From Candidatus Hydrogenedens sp. (lineage in GTDB: Bacteria > Hydrogenedentota > Hydrogenedentia > Hydrogenedentales > Hydrogenedentaceae), in the NCBI GenBank assembly GCA_049968235.1, contig JBMFRC010000001.1, forward strand, positions 96,001 to 160,000: DNA of 64,000 bases. Reading direction: 5' to 3'. Under the pieces are notes generated by a model, which made no database searches, had not been told where the DNA came from, and saw only the letters and a program-made list of their open reading frames with translations. Positions 18,901-27,900 of the stretch are shown in pieces (position 1 is the first letter of the stretch; each line of letters opens with the position of its first letter). Position numbers and translations under genes: made by a program.

Positions 18901-21900
18901 CTTCTATCAATGGGAATTTATCTCTTGCAATTGCAATATCATCGACCATAAATATAGATTGGTCAAGAAACCTACAATTTTCGTAAACGAAATACAGAGT
19001 ATGGGGATTCGGTAATACTAATAACAATGGGATTTCCTGCAGAGACCAATCTCCTTCTTCAATACTTCCGGCATCCTTAACCCATACAGGTGTTCCCGTT
19101 GTGTCATCCCAGTAAACTTTTAACTTCGTTTGCTCGGGCGAAGTTCCTTTTTCAACACGGACATAAAATTGGAGTTTTGTTGCACTGGGAGGAATGTTTA
19201 TCCCTGTTTGCCATAGCATACGTTTATCGAGTTTTGGACTCTTTAATTGAGCATACCACACACCGGTGTGAGCATCAATAAAACCTGTTGGACCGCCCTG
19301 AATTATCTGGCTTTTATCGGGAGTAGCATCCCATGGTGTTGCTAATCCGGATTCAAATCCGGGGTCTAACAGTATGTTATCCAAACACACTATTGGAATA
19401 GCAGGCATAAGTATTTCATAACCTAAACATACATCATCAATAAGAAAACGCACAGGAGTTTTATCACACTCTGTCATTGCCACTCGAATTGTAAGACTAT
19501 GCGGTTGCATATCCAAGTAGGGTAATAATTCATTATCTACCATTACCAATGTATAGTTATTCCAGTAGAAAGTATCATTGGCTCTTATTTTCTTTATGAC
19601 ATGGTCATCCACTAAAATTTCTAATTCTGTGTTTGATGTACTGGTTGCATCAAGGATTTTTAACCAAAAACTCAATACAGGTAATGGATTAACAGCACCA
19701 AATCGTAAGGCTCGTGTTCCTGTTATAGGGGGTTCTGGCAGAATGCAATCAACAGGATATGCTTTGTCATAACAATGAATAGGTCCCATAAGTAAAGCGG
19801 TAGCATTTTTGTTCCATGCGGAATCGGGATTCGTTTCAAATGAAGGATTCTGCACTGCATTATCAGGACATACCCCAAATGGGTCTATCAGGACTCCTAA
19901 TTCACCATAAGGGCTTACGCAGAAATCATCAAATAGAATAGATGAGCCTGGATTTAATGAAAAGATTCTTGCTTTTATATGAATTGAAAAACTACTAATA
20001 CTCTCTTCCAGTAACGGAGGAACTAACCATCTCTCTATTTTTGTCCAGACTCCATCTACTGGCATCCCTGAAACCCGAGAGTCATAAACAATTTTCGTTA
20101 CTATGTTCTCATCATCATCTAACCATACCTTAAAGAAATCTTGACTTCCGTCTACATTTACAGGTTTAACTTGAAAGGAAATCTTTGCTGGAGGAACTCC
20201 TCCCAATTCTGCACAGAAAGGAGCCTTATTTCCGCCTGTGGGTTTAATTATAGTTGCGATAGTTCTTTCGGGTATAGGAGGGTTGGTAACTAATACCCAG
20301 GACTCATCATTTCCTGCTTCAAAATTTCCATTGGGAACACTAATGCCATTCTCAGGCAACCTTAAATTCATTAAAGGACCCACAAGAAAACGGACATCAT
20401 CTATATCAAAAGTGGTCGTATTAAAATCAACACTATCGGGTGTAAGAGCACAGGGAGAAACGGTGCTTTCAATATGAAAAGTATGTTTCGCATTATCATT
20501 TGTTAAAGGTGATGGTATTTTAACTAAAATACGGGTGTATTCTCCGGCGTTTGGAATTAAATCGGGTCTATATTCAGGGATAGGTATCCAGTTACCAGGG
20601 CTAATCTCCGCAAATATCTCTGAAGCCATTAACATACTATCAAAATAAAACCTTAATATATCTGTTGTTTTTCCACTGAATATTTTTATTTTTATGAACA
20701 TCTCTACCCAGACTTCCCTCGGGGATATAGGAGAAGGACCTAAAATAAGGCATCTATCAGGAGGGAGACCCAACGGGTCATTTCCAATAGACCAATTCCC
20801 TTCGCCTGACCAGCCGATACATCCAACATCATCAAAGCTACCACAGACAATTGGAATTTCGGCAGTACTCATTCCCATATCTAAAAATATACGGAAATCA
20901 TCCAGATAAACAGTATTTTCACCTATACCCAATTTTGAAATCCGAAGCACAACGATAGGTACATCTAATGGATTATACTGTTGAATTAATGAAGTAACAT
21001 CGATATTCCATGTTATCCAATTCATTGGATTGGGTATTGCGGACAAAGGAATGGTATAAGTAGTAGATTCGTTCAACATTTCAATATATATTTCGACTTT
21101 ATCTCCGGAATCCACAGGGTCCGCACTACGCATAATTTCAAATTTCAGTTGTGCGGAAACAAGGTTCGGAAGGTCAATAGGCAATTGAGCAGAAAGAGAA
21201 AGGGTATTCTCCATATAGGAGATACCTGTTGGTTCTGTGCCTTTAGGGAAATCTATAGGTTGTGTCTGAAGTATATCTATAGCAGAGAGAACCTTAGGAA
21301 AAGTAATATCTTGCCAGACTTCCGGATAACCTGCTATGAGATAGGGGTCTCCTGATAAAGGGTCTTCTGTGAACTGGAAATTTTGATATATCTGGTCAGG
21401 TTCAAAGGGTTCATTTATTCCCTTAAACGAGGCTAAATGTGTGGGACTTAAAGCAAGAGTATTTTCCTCAATAATAGAGTAGGCCGGGTCATCCGGGTCT
21501 GGTGGGTCTACAAGTATATTCCAATCTGTCGAAGGAGATAGTTCAAAATTACTATTTTTTATAACTCCTTTGAATATATTATTTCCCATGATAATGACAT
21601 CCGTAGGTAAGATAGCAGAAGAAGGAGTTGTAGGGTTAGGAACACCTTTAAGCGTAATATCGCGATTGATGATAATCGGTTGTTTAATTTCATAAATGGT
21701 AGGAGTAGTAGTATCTGCCTCAATATGAAAAGTAGTTTCTAATGGGTTATTTAAAATAATATCAATGATATTATCTCCGGGATGTATAATAGTCTCTGCT
21801 TTTATACTTGAATGTAATGTTATGAATAGCAGTAGGAAAAATAAAGGGATATTTTTTGATAACTTCTCATTTACAGAATCCGTTTTATAACCCCTTTTTC

Positions 21901-21919
21901 GTCTTATTTGTTTTTTCAT
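15998..21919 (-). CDS. Giant secreted protein (1,973 aa) at the pilY1 position of the minor-pilin operon. It is a candidate pilus-associated adhesin.
   Basis: It has a Sec-type signal peptide (NIPLFFLLLFITLHSSIKAETI) and a long uninterrupted ORF immediately downstream of the PilX_N-type giant gene, separated by a 3-nt gap. No catalytic motifs were recognised. The PilY1-like role is inferred from synteny only. Confidence 0.5.
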   Translation of the reverse strand: MKKQIRRKRGYKTDSVNEKLSKNIPLFFLLLFITLHSSIKAETIIHPGDNIIDIILNNPLETTFHIEADTTTPTIYEIKQPIIINRDITLKGVPNPTTPSSAILPTDVIIMGNNIFKGVIKNSNFELSPSTDWNILVDPPDPDDPAYSIIEENTLALSPTHLASFKGINEPFEPDQIYQNFQFTEDPLSGDPYLIAGYPEVWQDITFPKVLSAIDILQTQPIDFPKGTEPTGISYMENTLSLSAQLPIDLPNLVSAQLKFEIMRSADPVDSGDKVEIYIEMLNESTTYTIPLSAIPNPMNWITWNIDVTSLIQQYNPLDVPIVVLRISKLGIGENTVYLDDFRIFLDMGMSTAEIPIVCGSFDDVGCIGWSGEGNWSIGNDPLGLPPDRCLILGPSPISPREVWVEMFIKIKIFSGKTTDILRFYFDSMLMASEIFAEISPGNWIPIPEYRPDLIPNAGEYTRILVKIPSPLTNDNAKHTFHIESTVSPCALTPDSVDFNTTTFDIDDVRFLVGPLMNLRLPENGISVPNGNFEAGNDESWVLVTNPPIPERTIATIIKPTGGNKAPFCAELGGVPPAKISFQVKPVNVDGSQDFFKVWLDDDENIVTKIVYDSRVSGMPVDGVWTKIERWLVPPLLEESISSFSIHIKARIFSLNPGSSILFDDFCVSPYGELGVLIDPFGVCPDNAVQNPSFETNPDSAWNKNATALLMGPIHCYDKAYPVDCILPEPPITGTRALRFGAVNPLPVLSFWLKILDATSTSNTELEILVDDHVIKKIRANDTFYWNNYTLVMVDNELLPYLDMQPHSLTIRVAMTECDKTPVRFLIDDVCLGYEILMPAIPIVCLDNILLDPGFESGLATPWDATPDKSQIIQGGPTGFIDAHTGVWYAQLKSPKLDKRMLWQTGINIPPSATKLQFYVRVEKGTSPEQTKLKVYWDDTTGTPVWVKDAGSIEEGDWSLQEIPLLLVLPNPHTLYFVYENCRFLDQSIFMVDDIAIARDKFPLIEVHLNGNLCIENLSLTQGSAGILNIQGMSKVSRSFIGPKLDDGVVVMPDGKASILQTVIYGSLNDGVLNNGTTAIVQSTIYSNGGIGVESKGTGSTYVMATLVWNNTGGGLVCEPGASLISGWNLVYPPIITGVTEVGTPITIDPLSVHFYDSPWIGKLITPIPSRVSLEAVLNYVPNIFIPYLSLTSCASPSPYTDFENEVRDIRNIQVSADEVIIGGAELLWSYCNVSPTVPRSATGRERDIGIGNEFTVEVGIQGETLDDATLYLVPEEYVPLVKNNPNPLSQLNKLPTELKQVVVPIDTTRQRGRSVFTMDSLFVTDTDGVLSTTNGRARIYLRVNQTLMGIGTNQEYRINFYLEDTEFVIDTVPPRLRNDLYDATAVGFVIQNNDVISPPSQFSYPPNWGPAVLNPLAYSYGTISNQTSPTAQMFFNNLPQSPLEYILQAGYSDPYPEYNGSPRIVEVAGFITNRSNVSTTTVTPIIDLLTNGPVYTGLEPFRGLGCAFIAPLNDIGRVLSYTSNPGVEYFATTDPSQTEYTQPWQSALVKWRWFNLGFGLDWHIRMKFLVKDLSGNLVVENPAQQDALELWWMRDPVIEIISAPRIGAWDKDPHIQWKLTRSVSDKPVNSDPCLPIFGIRIWSAIDPFNYETSIWEAVDRFVGRWGWIINRESMDKNTPIVFADGSITTLNDILSDKRYCGALLMATIIGADEAGNVQPIPNILFGNRFNSLGTITGNNVPFCIWRNPCEFDIDTKLDINSWWNRSTADPTTWRFINYNFGEREFGSSRRVPLPALENACDYRIEVKLNMSCILPSEGFVSGRIGFDIQIFEDSNLVAGGTASMLYGDTTAEICIPSDFLSPNEASTRFNLNWYTSTPEFLNLPPTQCGSGVFNDRLGDEGSPEGGFRKREVKYDFVVRAFVQDTTTGALVADTTPAKVTVTIYPPAGSSERSITAPSQPKEEQRIKMFQRE

Positions 21920-21922
21920 TTT

Positions 21923-24900
21923 TTAATCCTCCTCATATCGGGCTGTGGGCACGCTCCTTTCATATATAACACTTGCTCTTGCTTCTGATTGAACAACAAA
22001 TTCGTCATTTGTCCGATAGCTATAACAACCGTCATTATTTCCATCTACACCGTAACCTAACTGTACCAGTGCTGTTATTTTGAAGACATCGGACCGTAGA
22101 CTAACATGGTCTGCAACAGATTCATATCTCGGGAGAACATCTGCTATCCTGCCGTTATAGTTTGTATTTACACTTAAAGGTAATAGATATTTAGAATTGA
22201 TTGTATTTGCAAGTTCTATGGGTGACAAATAATAGCGACCATCCGCATATTCCGGACGGTTTGTCATTAATAGATAAGATAATTGGAAAGCAGATAAAAT
22301 TGTGTCACTTACATTGTCAGCATAAACGGCATTGGTTGGTGGAATTGGGTTAACTCCATAAACAGGATTATTCAGGTCTTGATTTTTAGGGAGGATATTT
22401 GACCTATAATAGAAGCCTGGTAGACACATGGAAGATGCGAATATTCTCTTCTGACTTCCATCTGTATAGATATAGGGTCCGATGGTATTTACATTAATTT
22501 TGTGAAGGGAAGATTTCGCAGGGACTAAAGTAATATGTGTAAGAAAACACGGAGTATCACCTATGTTTCTTACTCGCAATGCTACAAATTTTTGTGTAAC
22601 TCGAACCATCTGGGGCTGCCAGCTGGCTGCGGCTTGCTGCCCATATAATATTATACCATCTTCATTCGGAGAAAAGTCAACAACATCTTCGTAATACCCC
22701 CCAACTTCTGTCCGATACCAGTCATCTGGATGTGTCAAACCTGTCTCAATTGTAGAACCTCTGGGCTTTAATCCTCTTGCTTTTGCAGGGTCTGTAATTA
22801 TTTCAAGAGCCAATCGTACCCTTGTTGTGTCATATTCTTTATTAATCCATAATTTGCCAAATTCTTGAGAGAATAATTCGTAAGGTGGATTACCCGAAGC
22901 ATGTAGTTGTTCATCATATTGTTGTAGTCGTCTTAATTGTTTTTCATTTACTACATTAATATAGACATAATAATCTCCATTTTCTAATCCATCATTAACA
23001 TCCCATACGAACAGTGCCTCAGGACGATTTTGTTCGGGATAAACGCTTCTATAACTACTTACATAGGCAAAAATGCGTTTAGGAATTTCCCATCGCTGAG
23101 CAATATCATTAATGTCTATTTGAGGTCTACCAAAGGCACTGTTGTTATTAAATAACCAACTGCCATTAGGTTGTGCATTGAATAAAGTGTTATATGGTGT
23201 AGGAAATGTTCCATTCCATAATGAGCCATCAACAAATCGGGGATAATTATATATTTCGCCTGGAAGCATAAATAGAAATAATGGGACCCATGCCTCAGGA
23301 TAGGTATTGCTGGCTAACTCACAGCGTAGTATATCTGTAAGGTTCGAACCGGAAGGGAAAACATCTGTTTCCGCAGGATTAGGTCTTATCGGAATAAAAT
23401 CTGCGGTTCCGACAGTAAGGATTTTTTCTGCTATTGTTATCATTGAAGAAGCACCCTTCAGAACTCTGCTTAATTCGTCCTTACCTTGAAGTTGACAGGC
23501 AAGGACATTTGCACTTGTCCATACCTGACGCCAGAATGTTTCACCTCCAACAACGGGATACAACGTTAAGTTCTGACGGTTTAAATCAAACAAGTATCTG
23601 TAATCTGGATTTGGGAATACCTGCCTTAATCGGTATAAGGAGTATAAGTATTCTCTCTGGATTGGTATTCCAACCTGGCTTAATGTCCCTGTATAGATTG
23701 TTCCTACATCTCGCCTCTGTTCTATATTCCAGTAAGGATACAATAGAGTGATGCTCCTGCCATTAATTACAGGAGAATCAGGTAAGGAGACGATTGGGAA
23801 TGAAAAATCTTTTCCTGATAGAGCAATTTCTGTATACGATTTGCCTAAGGGTGTCCCTCGATATGTATTGACAACAAAATCAATGTCCCTCTTATCACGA
23901 TAGGGATTATTATTCGTATACTGGAACAACGGGAAATTATTGGGTGCCACATTATCCAACATAACCAGTACGAGTTGTTCCAGATAGTGAGGTGATTCTT
24001 CCCAATCATCATAGAATCCATCTGTTGCCTCCCAACGGTTCGATAATCCAAAACGGTCTCCACTTAATTCTGGACTCTTGCGATTCAGGGAACGATAGAA
24101 ATCCCATAACATACAATCGGGTATCCACCAGGAAGAAAAATCGGCATTTAATTGCATACTACTATTGGGTGCAGGAAGTATGTCATCGATACAGCGGTTT
24201 ATAACATCATATTCATTATAAGAAACTCCATCTACCTGATTACCCTTAGTATCATATAAAGCCACGACGACACAATCGCCGGGATTCCATCGTCTTTCTA
24301 CAAAATATTTCCATTGGGGAGGGTCGTTGTCTGTTCCGAAGTAAGGCTCTATAAGATTGGGATTGCCAATATAATTGAACCCTGTTGTTATATTAATAGG
24401 TTGAACCTGGTCGTAAGGGTCAGTTATAAAGTCAACATCTACATTTCCTCCTATAACAGACATGTCTTTCAAATGGAAAATCGGCATCATACCTTGCTCA
24501 TAAGACCCATATCCATAAACCCTACCGTTAGTATAGGTGGTACCAGGTTCTACTCTACCTTCGTCAACTCCTTCGTTAAAGAAAACATTTAAAGGATTAT
24601 TAAAATCTGTCGGTCTATCGTCAATAACACCGTTTTGATTATTATCCACACCATCTTTTTCCAATGTCCCTAATATATAACTTCCCATACCTGTTAAATA
24701 ACCACCATCTCCATCATTGTCGTATCCATCATGCTCTGGATAATCCGGTAACATGCCTCCTTGCAGGACCAATTTAGCAAGGTCATTTAGCGTGGTTATT
24801 TCTTCTGTTTTTCTGCGTTCTGTATTTTCTCCATCAATAAGCGGAAACTCAACAGCATATAATGGGACAATCCTATCCCATGCTTTTCTGGGTCCAACTA

Positions 24901-27900
24901 TATTAAAATTGTTATCATTAGGAGTACTTCGTATTTCATTATCCGCAGGATTGTCTCCCGGTGTTCCATCTCCATTATAATCTGTAAAATCCTCTTCAAG
25001 ACCATTATTTATATATTCCCTGTGGAATACATTATTTGTTTCGTTCAGGGCCATAAACGGCGTCGTTATACCTACAAGGGGTTCTAACTCTGGAGGTACA
25101 GGAGCGGTAGGAATCACATCACAAAGTCCTATACCATTCCTTTTTATCAGAGATGCAGGGGTTAAATTGGGGTCCCGATAATGGTCAAATTTATCTCCAA
25201 TAAGATCTGAAGAAGAATCAAATGTCAGTAATAATCTCCCTTTGGGAGCAATAATATATCTATTATTTACATCATTTTCATCACCTATTTTAGCTGTTAC
25301 TTTAAAGGGGTCTGTGCGAACCCCTGAGTTATCTCGGGGAATACCAATCTCAATAGTATAGCCCGTTAAATCGATAGGATTATTTGAAATATTAGTAATT
25401 TCGATATACTCATGGTCGGGTTCCTGGCTGAAATCGAGAAAGTTTAATGCAATAGGTTCGTTATTAGGATTCTGTTCTAACCAAAAAGCAATACATACTG
25501 CATAATCGTTGGCTTGTCCATCAGCAGGGGTATATGGAGGAACTGTAATTGTAAAGGTCTTTCCACTAAGAGGTTGATTTTCAGGTAGAATTCCATCCAT
25601 CCAATAATAGTTAGGTGGAATTAATGTTCCTGATTCTAATTGTCCGGGTAAAAATACCATGCCTGTAGTCTCTCCACGAGCATTAACACCTATCCAGGTA
25701 TCCTGAACTCGCTGGAATACTGCATCATTAGTAACAATGGTGGGGTCTGCAAAAACATCGTCGAGAATAGAAGGTTCTATTAAAGTATCATCTGTGGTAT
25801 CCGCAGGATTATTTACATTGATAGGACAATATTTAATTGCGTATTTTATTCGTTTATTACTTCCACGTTGTAATGTTGGCTCTCCTGAAAGGTTTTGGGT
25901 ATTCAACATAAGATAATATCGACCTGCAGGTAAAGAATTTGTAGCACGGATTCGATACTCTACCACATTCGGAACACTAATTGTTTGTGGAGGAACTGTT
26001 GTCCTATCAATATATTGGAAAACAGGTAAGTTTGTTTCATAATAATTCCCTTTTCCCAATACATTATTATTGGCTAAATTCCATGGATTTGCTGGAATAA
26101 TGTCATGATTATTATCATCAGGGAAACGGTTACTCAGAGGTTCAAAATCAGTAAGGAATAAAGGGATTCCAGGTGGATAATTGGACCTATATGAATTATA
26201 AATGCTTTGATAAACAGGCACCTCCGCTTCTACTCTACGAACAGGTCTTACCATCAACTCGGTAATACGAATAGAGTCAACTCCAGCAACAGTATAGCTA
26301 ATAGAACGAAGGTCTTTCATAGGTGTTCCATCTTCACTGTTGGTCCCATTTTGTACTCGTTCTGACCACCAATAATCATTAATTACCCAATCAATATTAA
26401 ATTCTCCCAAAGTATTCTTAGCATATTGTTCTATTTCACGAAGTGAGAAATTCGATGGATGATAGCCTTTTTCATACGGGGACAATGAATTTATATTTTG
26501 GCTGGGAAGATAGACTCGTTTTTCTATTGAAGTCATCGGGTCGGGGACTTTTTCCGTAGTTAATCTTGTCTGTGCGACATCGGTATCACGTATATCTATC
26601 AGATTTACAGCTAACTGCATTGTTTTTAATACTGCATCCACAGGGAATACATAATTCGTTGTTGAATTGATTGCGGATATAGGTTCATTTGTGCCGTCAT
26701 CATAGTAAAAGAGGAAACCTACTTCATTTTTATCAGCACCAAACCATGTGTTCCATTCATGTTCATAACTCCGCAATCCTTGTGCGAAGTAATAAGCATC
26801 TTCTCCCATCGGCATTCTCCACGACATTGTATTGATACTGGGTACAGGTTTTTCTGATAAAAATATCGTTGATGCTAATTGCTGTGGAGTTGTGTAATTT
26901 ACATTCACCGGATTAATTCCTCTTAAAGAGGTGCCAAACTTCCGAATTTGAGTATTTTTTGATAAACCCATTGTGGTTATTACAGGCTTTACCTTTTCAA
27001 ATGCCTTTGTTCCTGGTGTCCCATAATCCGATAACTCACTAATCTGGTCGAGCGTGCTAATAATTCTGTCCCCTAATTCTCCGCTTTCATCTACATTGTT
27101 ATTGGTATTATTATCAACACGGTCTCTCTCTGCTAATTTGTTAACATAAGGCAATGTGTACTGAAATTCACCGGGTTCATCTATACCTTCCAAAATTCCC
27201 AGCAGGTCATTCACGCCATTATCAATAATTCCGTCTCCATCATCATCCAGTCCATTGGTAAATAGAAGAAACGCATTGGCATTGTCATCCACTGCCCCAT
27301 AACCCGGAAAAGCCACATCGTAATATAGGGCATTGGAATTCGTATTAAGAATATAGTCTGATTGCGAACTATCTATCTGCCCTCCGGGAGCACCGGTTAA
27401 TAAATTCCATAGTTTCCGCGCACGAATAACACCCATATCCGGTAAGTATCGAGTGTCCAGACCATAACCTATCAACCACGGAGATGAAATGCCCGGAATA
27501 AAATACGAATGAAACAATCTACTGGCAAGTAATGGATTCGGAGCAGAAAAATTAAAATCTATTGGATAATGCCCACCTGCAATATTTAGATTTACCTTTT
27601 TACTCTCATCCTCAATGTAAACAGCCATTCTTCCAACAAGGTCACAAACAGGTTCTCCAGTGTGTGTTATATGGATATAAGGAATTAGTCTTGTATAGTT
27701 TATAGTTCGAGTAATTCCTGCTATACCATCTCTATAAATCCCACGACCGGGAAAAACCTGCACACCGGGAAGAAATGGATTTCCCCCGGAATCTTTAAAT
27801 TTATTAATTTCTATGTAACTTGCTTCTCGAACAGCAGAAAATTTGGATTTATCTGCAGGGTTCCAATTACCGGGCATTGCAAACTTGGCAAAGCTATAAT

